DNA from: Limnothrix sp. BL-A-16
GTDB lineage: Bacteria; Cyanobacteriota; Cyanobacteriia; CACIAM-69d
DNA length: 64,000 nucleotides
Direction of reading: 5' to 3'
Assembly: GCA_041937175.2 (NCBI GenBank)
Contig: CP166615.1
Location: 3,936,001 to 4,000,000 of the forward strand
This document shows, one piece after another, positions 43,649 to 54,350 of this stretch. The translations under genes and the position numbers were made by a program. Within the stretch, counting starts at the first letter, position 1, and each line of letters starts with the position of its first letter. The notes under the pieces were generated by a model. That model had not been told where the DNA came from. It searched no databases and saw only the letters and a list, made by a program, of their open reading frames with translations.

Positions 43649-44431
43649 ATGTACGTCGAACGCATTCCGGCTCTGTTGGACAACTATATCTTTTTGTTAG
43701 TCGATCGCGCTCGTCAAGAGGCCGCCGTGGTCGATCCGGCGGAAGCCCAACCGGTGCTCGATCGGCTGGCAGCCCTCAACTGCCGCCTCACCACAATTTT
43801 TAACACCCATCACCACCGCGATCATGTGGGTGGCACACCGGCCCTGTTGCAGGCCTTTCCTGAACTGGTGGTCTATGGGGGCGCGCGCGATCGGGGGCGA
43901 ATTCCCGCGCAACAGGTGTTTTTGGAAGGGGGTGAAACAATTCTCTTTGCCGATCGCACCGCCCAAGTGTTCTTTGTGCCCGGCCACACCCGCGCCCATG
44001 TGGCCTATTACTTTGCCCCCGCCAACGGCCCCGACAGCGACGGTTGGGGCGATTTATTTTCCGGGGATGTGATTTTTGGGGCCGGTTGCGGTCGCCTCTT
44101 TGAGGGCACACCGGCCGAAATGCTCCAGTCGATCGACCAACTGCGCCAACTGCCAGACAGCACCCGGATTTGGTGTGCCCATGAATACACCCTGGGTAAC
44201 CTGGAATTTGCCCAAACCATCGAACCCCAAAACCTCGCGCTGCAACAACGCCTCCAGGAAACTCGCCTCGCGCGATCGCACCAGCAACCCACCGTCCCCC
44301 TCCGCTTGGGCCAAGAAAAACAAACCAATCCTTTTCTACGTTGGGATAGTCCTGCCGTCCAAGCCGCCATGGCCACCGATGATCCCGTGCGCACCTTTGC
44401 CCGTCTGAGGGGTAAAAAAGATCTTTGGTAG
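43649..44431 (+). CDS. gloB: Hydroxyacylglutathione hydrolase (glyoxalase II)
   Basis: DNYIF, THHHRDHVGG, PGHT, GCGRLFEG, CAHEYT, TNPFLR. Confidence 0.95.
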   Translation: MYVERIPALLDNYIFLLVDRARQEAAVVDPAEAQPVLDRLAALNCRLTTIFNTHHHRDHVGGTPALLQAFPELVVYGGARDRGRIPAQQVFLEGGETILFADRTAQVFFVPGHTRAHVAYYFAPANGPDSDGWGDLFSGDVIFGAGCGRLFEGTPAEMLQSIDQLRQLPDSTRIWCAHEYTLGNLEFAQTIEPQNLALQQRLQETRLARSHQQPTVPLRLGQEKQTNPFLRWDSPAVQAAMATDDPVRTFARLRGKKDLW

Positions 44432-44698
44432 CGATATCAAGATGCCGTCAAGATGTCGCCTCTCCCCATCGAAAATCCAGGTTGCTCCTTTGATCCTCCA
44501 AGGGGCATGAAAATTGGTAACCCTTGAATCAATTTGACCCCGGCATCAACCAAGATGACCATTGCTATCAATTGCTATCAATGGTGCAAGTGGTTTTGAG
44601 ATGGGCAATTGAGCCACTATTTCGATCACTAAGAGGGATGATCGATTCTCTAACAACGCTCCTGGAAAAGGCGAATTAGCGATGAAGTTTAAATCTGC

Positions 44699-44740
44699 GT
44701 AGTTTCGGCTACAAATAGTCCAAAAAATCCTTGCTAGGCT
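44699..44740 (+). promoter_or_regulatory. Canonical NtcA-activated promoter of nrrA
   Basis: GTA-gtttcggc-TAC (44699-44712), exactly 22 nt, then TAGGCT (TAN3T, 44735-44740). Confidence 0.88.
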
Positions 44741-44797
44741 ACGGGGTAATTCTCGAATCTGCTGCCGCATTGGGCAACAACGAGTTGAATCAAGCCT

Positions 44798-45601
44798 GTG
44801 GCTCCTATTAGCATTCAGATTATTGAGACGAATCCACACCTACGCTCGTTGTTGGGGTGGCACTTACAACAACTGGGCTACGTGGTTTGTCCGTCAGCAA
44901 CGCTTCAGCAAGCACGGGACGTGGCCCAGGCCCAACGGCCAATGTTGGTTGTGCTGGATCCCGATTTGCCCGATGGGGATGGTTTGGAATTCTGTGCCTG
45001 GTTGCAACGGGTTCAGCAGCCGATGGTGCTGATGATTTCGGCGCGATCGGGCGAGGCGGATGCGGTGGCGGCCCTGCGGGCGGGAGCAGATGACTATCTG
45101 CGTAAGCCTTTTGGGATGCAGGAATTTTTGGCGCGGGTGCAGGCGTTGGTGCGTCGGGGCCGATCGCGATCGGCTCCGGCCCTGCTGGACTGCGGGGTGT
45201 TGCGGATTGATCTGATTCAGCGGCGGGTGTGGCTGTTTGAGCGGTCGATCGAGCTGACCCCCCAGGAATTTAGCCTGCTCTATGCCCTGGCCCAGGCGGG
45301 CGGTGTGCCCCTCAGTCGGGCGGAAATTTTGCAGCGGGCTTGGCCCGAGTCGATCGACAATCCGCGCACGGTGGATACCCACGTGTTGTCCCTGCGCAAA
45401 AAGCTGGAGGCCGATCCCCGCCAACCCAGCACCATCCAAACCGTCCGCAATGTGGGCTATCGCCTGAATCTGGAGCGCTTGGAACTGCATCGGGAACCCA
45501 CCAATGGCCATGGCCCGCCGCCAAATCCGGTGGGGGGTGGCCCCGCTGGTTCGGGCGGGGGAGCCTTGTCCCGATCGATGTTGTCCGTGTCCTCGGGCTA
45601 G
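44798..45601 (+). CDS. nrrA: OmpR-family nitrogen-regulated response regulator NrrA
   Basis: NPHLRSLLGWHLQQ N-terminus, KPFGMQEFLAR, RTVDTHVLSLRKK; upstream NtcA promoter. Confidence 0.85.
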   Translation: MAPISIQIIETNPHLRSLLGWHLQQLGYVVCPSATLQQARDVAQAQRPMLVVLDPDLPDGDGLEFCAWLQRVQQPMVLMISARSGEADAVAALRAGADDYLRKPFGMQEFLARVQALVRRGRSRSAPALLDCGVLRIDLIQRRVWLFERSIELTPQEFSLLYALAQAGGVPLSRAEILQRAWPESIDNPRTVDTHVLSLRKKLEADPRQPSTIQTVRNVGYRLNLERLELHREPTNGHGPPPNPVGGGPAGSGGGALSRSMLSVSSG

Positions 45602-45660
45602 GGGCGATCGCGCTAGGATCCTGACAAATCAATTGGATCGAGCTAGCCCGATCATCGCGC

Positions 45661-46368
45661 ATGTTTCCCATTGGCGACGACAATCCCACCCGCCGCACAG
45701 CCTATGTGACCTATGGGTTAATTGGGGTTAATTTGCTCGTATTTTTATACGAAATTAGCCTCAACCCCTTGCAATTACGGGCGTTGTTCGAGGTATGGGC
45801 CGTTGTGCCCTTAGAGCTGACCGCACAGTTCAACGGCTATCCGGTCACCATTCCCGGAACCAACCTACCCGAAGCAATCACCCTGCTCACCTCCCAGTTT
45901 TTGCATGGGGGCTGGGCCCACTTGGGCGGAAACATGCTGTTCCTGTGGATCTTTGGCAACAATGTTGAAGATCGATTGGGATCCATGAAATACCTCCTGT
46001 TTTACCTGGCTTCGGGAGCCATTGCAGGGCTTTGCCAGTGGTTCTTCGCGCCGCTATCTTCCGTCCCTTCATTAGGCGCGAGTGGTGCGATCGCGGGGGT
46101 GATGGGAGCCTATATCTTGCGCTATCCCCGAGCGAGCGTTTTAACCCTCGTGCCCCTAGGATTCGTGCTCATCCCCTTGCGAATTGCGGCTTTTTGGTAT
46201 TTGGGTATTTGGTTTTTGCAACAGGCGCTTTATGGGCTGGGATCGCTCCAACAGCCCATGAATATCGGCTTGAGTGAGGGTGGAATTGCCTATTGGGCCC
46301 ATGCGGGCGGTTTCGTGGCCGGGGCCTTGCTGGGGCCATTGTTGGGGCTATTCAAGAAAGACGATTAA
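45661..46368 (+). CDS. Rhomboid intramembrane serine protease
   Basis: FLHGGWAHLGGNM, GASG, WAHAGGF. Confidence 0.95.
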   Translation: MFPIGDDNPTRRTAYVTYGLIGVNLLVFLYEISLNPLQLRALFEVWAVVPLELTAQFNGYPVTIPGTNLPEAITLLTSQFLHGGWAHLGGNMLFLWIFGNNVEDRLGSMKYLLFYLASGAIAGLCQWFFAPLSSVPSLGASGAIAGVMGAYILRYPRASVLTLVPLGFVLIPLRIAAFWYLGIWFLQQALYGLGSLQQPMNIGLSEGGIAYWAHAGGFVAGALLGPLLGLFKKDD

Positions 46369-46466
46369 GCAAAAACTCCAGACCGGGAATGCTCACTGAT
46401 CGGTTTGAAAGGCATCCCGATCGCCCGTCCGAGCTGAACTTTGAGCCAGGTGTTTAGTCAAGCCTA

Positions 46467-46627
46467 CGAGCACGGACAGTTTATTTTCATCGGTCAAGTC
46501 AAACCCTATTGGTCAACTCAAGCGACTGCCACCGTTACCCGATCGTTAGGCAGCAAGGGGCTTAAGCCCCTTGTCATGGTGACTGGTTCCGCAACGTTGA
46601 CCCAACGAATTAAGCCTGTTGTGCCAC
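46467..46627 (+). mobile_element. MITE family C, copy 2 (~161 bp)
   Basis: Homologous to 6580-6721 with a short internal duplication; flanked by TA; palindrome at 46554-46573. Confidence 0.7.
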
Positions 46628-49434
46628 TACAGATTCAGCACGGCCAAGGTGATATCGGCGGCCCGTTGGATTTGGAAACCCAGTTTTTCGCACAGATGGC
46701 GCATGGGGGCGTTGTTGGGCAAAATTTCGCCCCGCAGTCGATCGATCTTTTCGTCGCGGGCAATGGCAACCAACCGCTGCAAAAGTTCCGTGCCTAGCCC
46801 CTGATTTTGATAGCGATCGCGAATCAGCATCGCAAACTCCGCTTCATTGGAGCCGTGCAGCTTGCTAATGCGGCTGACTCCCAAAATTTCCCGCTCTTCG
46901 CTGGGATCGCGTCCCTCCGCCACCAGTGCCATTTCCCGATCGTAGTCAATGAAGCAAATCCGCGATAGGCGCTCGTGGCTAATGCGCTGGCTCAGTTTCA
47001 GGGCGTGGAAATAGCGTAGATAAACCGTTTGTTCCGACAAGCTCTCGTGGAAACGCACCAAAGGCGGTTCATCCTCCGGGCGAATGGGGCGGATGTTGAC
47101 CGCTGTGCCATCGCGCAGAGTCCAGGGAGCTGCGTATTGAATGGGATAAGGGCGGATGGCCGGCCGGGGCAACGTTGCCGGATCCATGGGCGGGTGCAAC
47201 ACCACCCGCGCATCCAGGGCAATCAGCGAACTGGTGGTTCCGGTGGCCACGGCCTGGCCAGCCTCGCGGGCGAGGAGGGGGTTGATGTCAATTTCCTTAA
47301 TCCAGGGCTGTTCCACCACCAGTTGGCTGAAGCGCACCAGGAGTTGCTCCAGGGCGGCCAAGTCCACGGGGGCCCGGCCGCGTACCCCTTGCAGGGCTTT
47401 ATAAATGCGGGTTTGTTCCATCATCCGCCGGGCCAGGGTGGTGTTGAGCGGGGGCAGGCCCAAGGCCCGATCGCGGAACACCTCCACCAACTGACCGCCC
47501 AACCCAAACAGCAACACGGGGCCAAATTGTGGATCCACACTACTGCCCAGGATCAGCTCATAGCCATCCAACTTGAGCATGGGTTGCACGGTTACCCCCA
47601 AAAAGTCCGCCGTCAGGACGCGCCGTTGGGGATCGGTATCCCCTTCTTCGGCGTTGCTGCTGGTTGGTTGGGGTTTGTGGCGGTTGGCGATCGCCACGCC
47701 GGCCACGATCGCCAGGTAAGCCCAGCGCACCTCATTGGCATTTTGCAAATTCAGCCGCACACCGCCCACATCGCTTTTGTGGGTGATGGTTTCGGAATAG
47801 AGCTTCAGGGCCACGGGATAGCCAATGTCGTTGGCAATTTCCACGGCCTCTTCGAGCTTGGTGGCGATGCGGGTTTCCACCACGGGAATTCCATAGGCGG
47901 CCAGGATTTGCTTAGCTTCAAATTCCGTGAGTAGATTGCGGCCCACCGCCTGGGCTTGCTGAATAATCCGAGTGACGGCGGCCCGATCGGGTTCGGCGGC
48001 AAAGCTGCCCGCCACTGCGTTGGGGGTTTCATACAGTCCCCGCAGGTTGTAGCTGTAGCGCCACATGTAGTTGAACACCCGGGTGGCCGCGTCGGGGTAG
48101 GGGAGGGTGAAGATGCCCGCTTGGTTCAAAATTGCCTCGCCAGCGGCCACGGCTGAACCGCCCATCCAACTGGCCAAAATGGGCTTCCCGCAATGGGCAT
48201 AGGGCCGCAGCCGTTCGGCAATTTGGGTGGGATCGGTCATGGCCTGGGGGGTGAGGATGGTCAGCAGCCCGTCTCCGTTGGGATCGGCGGCGGCAATTTC
48301 CAAGGCCTGGGAATAGCGATCGGGGTCGGCATCTCCCAAAATGTCGATCGGGTTGCGGCGGCTCCAACTGGGCGGCAACACCTGATCTAACCGCTCGATC
48401 GTCTCCGGCGACAGCTCGGCCAAATCGCCCCCACCGGACACCACCTCATCGGCCGCCAACACTCCGGGGCCGCCCGCATTGGTCAACACAATCAACTTGC
48501 GCCCCCGGGGGCGGGGTTGCTTGGCCAACACTTCGGTCATGTCGAACAGGTCTTCGATCGTCTCGACGCGCAACACCCCCGATCGCCGAAAGGCCGCATC
48601 CAACACCGCGTCACTACCCGACAGCGATCCCGTGTGGGAGGCGGCCGCCTGGGCCGCCGCTTCCGTGCGCCCCACCTTGATCACCATGATCGGTTTTTGC
48701 AACGCCACTTCTCGCGCCGCCGACAGGAAGGCCCGCGCATCCCCCACCGATTCCATATAAATGGCGATCGTGTGGGTGCGGGGATCATCGCCCAGGTATT
48801 CAATCAGGTCGCCCCAGCCCACATCCAGCATTGACCCGATCGACACAAAGGAACTGAAGCCCACCTGTTCCCGGAAGCTCCAATCCAAAATCGCCGTACA
48901 CATGGCCCCGCTTTGGCTCAGGAATGCCACATTTCCCGGCCGAGCCATGGCGCTGGCAAAGGTGGCGTTCAAACCGGAAATCGGATTCATCACCCCCAAG
49001 CAGTTGGGGCCCACCACCCGCATGTTGTAGCGACGGGCTTCGGTCAGGAGTCGTTTTTCTAGCTCAATGCCAGCGGGGCCAATTTCCTTGAAGCCCGCAG
49101 ACAGAACGATCGCCCCGCGTACCCCTGCCTGGCCACAATCGCGAATCAAGTCGGGAACGGTGGCGGCCGGGGTGGCAATCACCGCCAAATCCACGGTTTC
49201 GGGCACGTCTGCGATCGAGGGATAAGCTCGCACCCCCAACACGTTCGATCGCTTGGGATTAATCGGAAACACCGTGCCCCCAAAGGGGTTTTGCAACAAA
49301 TTGGTCAAGAGCGTGCGCCCCACACTCCCTTCCCGATCGGTTGCGCCAATCAGCGCCACACTCCGAGGCACAAAAATTGCATCCAAAGGATGGCGATCGG
49401 GAGAGACTTCAAGGGCGATGGAAGCAACTGTCAT
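46627..49434 (-). CDS. Bifunctional ADP-forming acyl-CoA synthetase-like / GNAT acetyltransferase (Pat type)
   Basis: [35 protein letters not shown]-terminal GNAT (QNQGLG). Confidence 0.92.
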   Translation of the reverse strand: MTVASIALEVSPDRHPLDAIFVPRSVALIGATDREGSVGRTLLTNLLQNPFGGTVFPINPKRSNVLGVRAYPSIADVPETVDLAVIATPAATVPDLIRDCGQAGVRGAIVLSAGFKEIGPAGIELEKRLLTEARRYNMRVVGPNCLGVMNPISGLNATFASAMARPGNVAFLSQSGAMCTAILDWSFREQVGFSSFVSIGSMLDVGWGDLIEYLGDDPRTHTIAIYMESVGDARAFLSAAREVALQKPIMVIKVGRTEAAAQAAASHTGSLSGSDAVLDAAFRRSGVLRVETIEDLFDMTEVLAKQPRPRGRKLIVLTNAGGPGVLAADEVVSGGGDLAELSPETIERLDQVLPPSWSRRNPIDILGDADPDRYSQALEIAAADPNGDGLLTILTPQAMTDPTQIAERLRPYAHCGKPILASWMGGSAVAAGEAILNQAGIFTLPYPDAATRVFNYMWRYSYNLRGLYETPNAVAGSFAAEPDRAAVTRIIQQAQAVGRNLLTEFEAKQILAAYGIPVVETRIATKLEEAVEIANDIGYPVALKLYSETITHKSDVGGVRLNLQNANEVRWAYLAIVAGVAIANRHKPQPTSSNAEEGDTDPQRRVLTADFLGVTVQPMLKLDGYELILGSSVDPQFGPVLLFGLGGQLVEVFRDRALGLPPLNTTLARRMMEQTRIYKALQGVRGRAPVDLAALEQLLVRFSQLVVEQPWIKEIDINPLLAREAGQAVATGTTSSLIALDARVVLHPPMDPATLPRPAIRPYPIQYAAPWTLRDGTAVNIRPIRPEDEPPLVRFHESLSEQTVYLRYFHALKLSQRISHERLSRICFIDYDREMALVAEGRDPSEEREILGVSRISKLHGSNEAEFAMLIRDRYQNQGLGTELLQRLVAIARDEKIDRLRGEILPNNAPMRHLCEKLGFQIQRAADITLAVLNL

Positions 49435-49847
49435 AGCCAGCGACCTACGTGAATGCAATAGGTAAAGAAAACAAAGGGGCAATGCCGGGCCCATGGCCCA
49501 ATTGTTCAGATCAACGCAACACCGCTCAGGCAGCCCCAAGGTCGCAATTCATCCCGGCCCTAGCGCTCGTCTGGGGTTGAAACCATCGCCGCAATTTCAT
49601 GACGGCATTTGCGGGGATGCAAATACTGGGATTGGTTTCTGCTCGGAGGTTAGGAAATCTGTTGATCGTGAAGTCTTGATCCGATCTTGACCCGACTTGA
49701 TGGGGAATTTCCTAAATCGCATACAGTTTTTTCGATTCAGGGTGATTGATGCAGCGCCCTGATGCTGCCTCATCAATAACATTAGAAACATTGAAAAAGG
49801 GTGACTCAAAGCCATCTGAACGAAATCTGAAAAGAATTGGATATTAA

Positions 49848-50963
49848 TCAATTGGATCCTGAGGGGCGGCGGATATAGCCCAGCAGAGATTGGGGATTGA
49901 TCCAGCGGGTGTGGGATCCCAGCCGATCGAGCAGGTTAGCCCGGAGCACTGGGGGCAATAAACTAATCAACAGTAATCCCAACAAGGCTTTCACCGCTCC
50001 GGGCGATCGCCCAAAGGCCGGATCATGGCCCAAGAGATGCCAACCCAATTGCCAACCGAGCTGCCCTTGGCGATCGGGCGGGTTCAATCGCAGGGTCACG
50101 GCATCCAAGCGCGGGGCCAAGTATTTATAGAGCAGGTATTTATAAAAATTGCCAAAGGCGATCGGCCCATGAACAGCCAGGTGGGGATGCTGGGCGATGG
50201 TTTGCCGCAAACAGGCCAACCCCGATCGCGCAATGCGGGCCACATTCGCCGACTGGGATCCCGCGGCCATCCGATAGAGCACCTGCACCCGGGGCACACA
50301 AACCAGCGGAAACCGGGCCGCCAACCGCAACCACAAATCCCAATCCTCCGAAGGAACCAGATCGGGATCAAAGGGAGCGATCGGGCGGGGATCGGCGGGA
50401 TGGGGCCAGCCCACGGCCGCCAGGGCCGATCGGCGGATCAGCGGGTTAGAGCCGTTTTCTAAAAAATTGAGCTGTAACAAAGCGGGCAGCACGGCTCCTT
50501 CCAGGCTGACATAGCTGCCCCGGTGGGAAAACTGTGCCCGATCGTCCACGTAGTCCGTCCAGCTATAGGCCAAGGCCGCCTGGGGATTGGCGGCCAAGGC
50601 CGCCCACTGGGCCGCCAATTTGTCCGGAGTCCACCAATCATCCGCATCCAAAAAGGCAATCCATTGACCCCGCGCTTGGGCTAAGCCTCGGTTCCGGGCG
50701 ATCGCCTGGCCACTGTTCGCAAACCGGAATGGCCGCACCCGAACATCCCGCGCGGCCCAAGCTTGCAAGCAGTCCCAGGTCTGGTCGATCGACCCGTCAT
50801 CCACCACCACAATTTCAAAATCTGGGTCGGTTTGGGCCAAGACAGACTCGATCGTGTGGGAAAGGGTAGCCGCTGCGTTGTAGGCCGGAATGATCACCGA
50901 GATCGCCGGGCTGGGCATTGCTGAATCCAGTCTTGTGGCGTTGGGTATTGCTGCTTTGGACAT
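49848..50963 (-). CDS. Glycosyltransferase family 2
   Basis: SVIIPAYN, VVDDGS, FLDADD, SEDWD. Confidence 0.93.
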   Translation of the reverse strand: MSKAAIPNATRLDSAMPSPAISVIIPAYNAAATLSHTIESVLAQTDPDFEIVVVDDGSIDQTWDCLQAWAARDVRVRPFRFANSGQAIARNRGLAQARGQWIAFLDADDWWTPDKLAAQWAALAANPQAALAYSWTDYVDDRAQFSHRGSYVSLEGAVLPALLQLNFLENGSNPLIRRSALAAVGWPHPADPRPIAPFDPDLVPSEDWDLWLRLAARFPLVCVPRVQVLYRMAAGSQSANVARIARSGLACLRQTIAQHPHLAVHGPIAFGNFYKYLLYKYLAPRLDAVTLRLNPPDRQGQLGWQLGWHLLGHDPAFGRSPGAVKALLGLLLISLLPPVLRANLLDRLGSHTRWINPQSLLGYIRRPSGSN

Positions 50964-51071
50964 TGGGTTAAACGATAGGCCGCCTCAAAAACAGCAATCG
51001 AGAACGGAACTTTCGCGATCGCCGCCTACAATTTTGGCAATGCTGCGAGGGGCCCGACTGCCCTGCTATCC

Positions 51072-51608
51072 ATGAATCGTCGATCGTCCGCCGCCTCCGC
51101 CCCGATTGCCACCCCTGGGGTTACGCCGCAGTTTTCCAGCCAAGATTGGCAACGCTTGAAACGGGTGCGAGCGATCGCCACCCTGATGGACAATGCGATC
51201 GAACTGCCGATTGTGCGCTACCGGGTGGGTCTCGATCCCGTGATTGGCCTGCTCCCGATCGGGGGAGACCTAGTGAGTTTTTTGCTGTCGGTTTATTTGG
51301 TTTGGGAGTCGGCCCGCTTGGGCACACCGCCCGCCCTGCTCACCCGCATGACCGTAAACATTGCCTTGGAAACCCTGGCCGGCGTGGTTCCGGCCCTCGG
51401 GGACTTGGTGGATGTGGCCTGGAAAGCCAACGCTCAAAATTTGCAGTTGCTGGAGGCCCATTTGCACGCGCCCGATCGGGGGCCGGGGCGTGTGTCCAAA
51501 CGGTTTGTGTTGCTGTTGATTGGGGGCCTGTTGCTGTTGACGATCGCCACGGCCAGCCTCAGTCTGTGGTTGCTGCAACTGGTTTGGCAGACCCTCGTTG
51601 GTGCATAG
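51072..51608 (+). CDS. DUF4112 membrane protein
   Basis: LMDNAI...GLDPVIGLLP.GGD...GDLVDVAWKAN. Confidence 0.9.
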   Translation: MNRRSSAASAPIATPGVTPQFSSQDWQRLKRVRAIATLMDNAIELPIVRYRVGLDPVIGLLPIGGDLVSFLLSVYLVWESARLGTPPALLTRMTVNIALETLAGVVPALGDLVDVAWKANAQNLQLLEAHLHAPDRGPGRVSKRFVLLLIGGLLLLTIATASLSLWLLQLVWQTLVGA

Positions 51609-51725
51609 GCTTGGGGAATTGGATCATCGGCTTTAGGGTTAATCAACAGTGATTGATTTCCTCTTATTTGCTCACATTCTCCTAAAAATGCGAATCCATC
51701 CTAGAGGCTGTCATACAATGAACAG

Positions 51726-52880
51726 ATGCTACTCGGATTCAAAACTCAACTTAAGCTCAACAACCAACAACGCACCGCGTTAGCTCGCCATGCCGGTGTT
51801 GCGCGTCATGCTTGGAATTGGGGTTTGGGACTGACCAAGGAAATCCTTGACCACAACCAATTACATCCCGAGGGAAAGATCAAATTTCCATCCGCTATTG
51901 ATTTGCACAAGTGGTTAGTAGCCTTGGTCAAGTCTGAACACCCTTGGTACTATGAGGTTTCCAAAAGTTCTCCTCAAAATGCCCTTCGTCATTTACGGGC
52001 GGCTTGGGATCGCTGCTTCAAAAAGACTTCAGGTGCTCCTAAATTCAAGAAAAAGGGTCGCCATGACTCCTTTGAACTGGATGGAGCTATTCATATTAAG
52101 GGTTTGAATAAGATTCAGGTTCCTAAGATTGGCATCCTGAAGACCTATGAAGCCTTGCCTCAAAATGTTCAACCTAAATCAGTCACCATCAGCCGCCAAG
52201 CGCATGATTGGTTTATCTCGTTTCGGATTGAGATCGAACCCGTCATTACGCCTAAATTGGTTGATGTTGTAGGTGTTGACTTGGGTGTCAAGTCCTTGGC
52301 AACTCTCAGCACTGGAGAATTGTTTGAAGGTGCTAAAGCCTACAGACAACTGGAGTCCCGGCTCTCTCGGTTGCAATGGCTGAATCGCCACAAACAGCGA
52401 GGATCTGAGAACTGGAAAAAGGCTCAATTGAGGATCGCCCAGTTGCATCAGCGAATCGTCAACATCCGTAAAGACACGCTCCATAAGCTCACGACCTACC
52501 TCGCCAAGAACCACGGCACGGTAGTCATTGAGGATCTGAATGTGTCTGGAATGATGGCGAACCGCAAGCTAGCCAAGGCGATTCAGGATATGGGGTTCTA
52601 CGAGTTTCGGCGGCAACTGGATTACAAGACAAAACTTTATGGCTCTGAACTGGTGATCGTAGACCGCTGGTTTCCATCTAGCAAGACTTGTTCCCGTTGT
52701 GGCAAGAAAAAAGAGACCCTATCGCTTTCAGAGCGGGTGTTTGATTGTGATCACTGTGGATTGCAGATTGATCGCGATTTGAATGCCGCGATTAATCTGC
52801 AAAAGGCGGCCAGTCCGGTCGTGTCAGCCTGTGGAGCGGATGAAGCCGACTTCGCCGCAATGAAGCAGGAAGTTTCCTGA
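51726..52880 (+). CDS. tnpB: RNA-guided endonuclease TnpB
   Basis: RuvC triad intact (VGVDLG, VIEDL, DRDLNAA); CSRC..CDHC Zn finger. Confidence 0.95.
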   Translation: MLLGFKTQLKLNNQQRTALARHAGVARHAWNWGLGLTKEILDHNQLHPEGKIKFPSAIDLHKWLVALVKSEHPWYYEVSKSSPQNALRHLRAAWDRCFKKTSGAPKFKKKGRHDSFELDGAIHIKGLNKIQVPKIGILKTYEALPQNVQPKSVTISRQAHDWFISFRIEIEPVITPKLVDVVGVDLGVKSLATLSTGELFEGAKAYRQLESRLSRLQWLNRHKQRGSENWKKAQLRIAQLHQRIVNIRKDTLHKLTTYLAKNHGTVVIEDLNVSGMMANRKLAKAIQDMGFYEFRRQLDYKTKLYGSELVIVDRWFPSSKTCSRCGKKKETLSLSERVFDCDHCGLQIDRDLNAAINLQKAASPVVSACGADEADFAAMKQEVS

Positions 52881-52930
52881 TTGCTGTATTTGCTAGTCAA
52901 TTGCAGCAATTGTTAGTGAATTAGTGACGG
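52800..52930 (+). ncRNA. Predicted omegaRNA/reRNA scaffold (5' end approximate)
   Basis: Overlaps the tnpB 3' end and runs to the right end, as established for TnpB; stem ttgctg..cagcaa at 52881-52909. Confidence 0.55.
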
Positions 52931-54307
52931 TTGGATGAGTTCGTTGCGGCTAGGGTCGCCCAACAACGGCTCGATCGGAGGCGGTATCACCACCGGCTGT
53001 GGCGGGCCACCCCATTGGGTTTGTAAGGCCGTGAGGAGTTTGTCTTGCTCCGCCCGCAGGCTGTTGACCTTGGTGCTGCGGTTTTGAATCGAAAACCAAA
53101 CCAAGCCCCGATCGCGCGTGGGCAAAAATCCAGACAGGGCACTGACATTAAACAAGCTGCCGGTTTTGACAGCGGAACCGGCGGGCATTTTGCGCCGGGC
53201 AATGGTTCCCCGATCGCGTCCGGCCATGGGCAACAGGGCCGCAACGCCCTCCGGAATCCCCAGCCCTTGCAAGCGCCGTTCCAAGGCAATCCCGATCGCG
53301 GTGATCGCCCTTGGGGAAAAAGCATTGCCCTGGCCCAAACCGGAGCCATTGAGCGATCGCAATTCTGTTTCCGAGAGACCCGTGAGCGATCGCAACTGTT
53401 GCGCCACCTTCACGCCGCCGCCCATCTGGCGGGCCAGGGTTTCGGCCATGAAGTTATTGCTGTAGAGGTTCATTTGCTTCAGCAAACTCAGCAACGGCAG
53501 CGATCGATGGCGAATCAACAAGCGCCGACCCGCCACGGGGGTGGTCGTGCCCGGTGTGGCGGTGGCGGTGGGCAGTTGGTTGGGCGAAGCCGAGGGCAGG
53601 GCATCCAATGCCGGCCGCACCGTTCCCGCAATCACCACCTGGGGCTTGGGGGTGTCGGGGGGCATGGCTCCATGGACACGGGTGAGCAAGGGTGACCAAG
53701 CCGCCCCATTGATCCCTTGGCGCAGTAAGGTTCCACCCAGGGCTGGCCCCGGTGGGTTGGGGTCTTCCGGATCGGGCAAAAAGTTCATCTCAAAGCGCCC
53801 TTCAATCACCAGGTCGCCCGTAACCCGGTTGATGCCCAACCGCTGGAGCGCATTCCCGAGGGCGATCGCCTCTTCCCAAACAAACATCGGATCGCCCCCG
53901 CCGCGCACAATCAAGTTGCCCTGGAGGGTTCCTTGGGCGATCGACCCGTCGGCCCAAATTTCCGTGATGAATTGATGGTTTGGATCCCAGGTTTCCAAGG
54001 CCGCTAAGGAAGTGGCCACCTTGGTCAAGGATGCGGCGGACAGGGGCCGATCGCCCTGATGTTGGGCCAAGACTCGCCAGTGGGCTTGGAACCAGAGGCC
54101 CTGCTCAGCGGGGTCAATGCCGGCCGCCTTCAGGCGATCGAGATATTGCTGCACCGTTGCCTGTGCTTGGGGTTCCGCCTGATTTGGCCCCCAAAACCAA
54201 CTGCTGCCAGCATGATTCAAATAAGTCACGGCTCCCTGGTGGAGCAAGTCAACCCCGGGGGAGAGGGTGAGCAGCGTTGCGAGTCCCGTACCGATGAATC
54301 CTTGCAC
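52913..54307 (-). CDS. dacB: D-Ala-D-Ala carboxypeptidase/endopeptidase (PBP4, peptidase S13)
   Basis: ASLTK (SxxK), SNN, KTG motifs; start (GTG) uncertain. Confidence 0.9.
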   Translation of the reverse strand: MQGFIGTGLATLLTLSPGVDLLHQGAVTYLNHAGSSWFWGPNQAEPQAQATVQQYLDRLKAAGIDPAEQGLWFQAHWRVLAQHQGDRPLSAASLTKVATSLAALETWDPNHQFITEIWADGSIAQGTLQGNLIVRGGGDPMFVWEEAIALGNALQRLGINRVTGDLVIEGRFEMNFLPDPEDPNPPGPALGGTLLRQGINGAAWSPLLTRVHGAMPPDTPKPQVVIAGTVRPALDALPSASPNQLPTATATPGTTTPVAGRRLLIRHRSLPLLSLLKQMNLYSNNFMAETLARQMGGGVKVAQQLRSLTGLSETELRSLNGSGLGQGNAFSPRAITAIGIALERRLQGLGIPEGVAALLPMAGRDRGTIARRKMPAGSAVKTGSLFNVSALSGFLPTRDRGLVWFSIQNRSTKVNSLRAEQDKLLTALQTQWGGPPQPVVIPPPIEPLLGDPSRNELIQPSLIH

Positions 54308-54350
54308 TGTTATTGAATGCCCTGATGAGTTCTCTGATTTGCTGCGTTGC

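Larger units (their letters stand above)
51639..52930 (+). mobile_element. Non-autonomous TnpB element (IS607-like, no tnpA)
   Basis: Both junctions read GGTT; joining 51638 to 52931 restores dacB ...CAA CCC TAA. Confidence 0.75.

Noticed and set aside
46441..46797. 118-aa ORF containing SKGLKPLV
   Set aside because: It is a translation of MITE C2 plus the antisense strand of the Pat-like gene.
51639..51725. IStron (group I intron fused to the TnpB element)
   Set aside because: Only 87 bp precede tnpB, too short for a group I core, and the host gene is antisense to the element.
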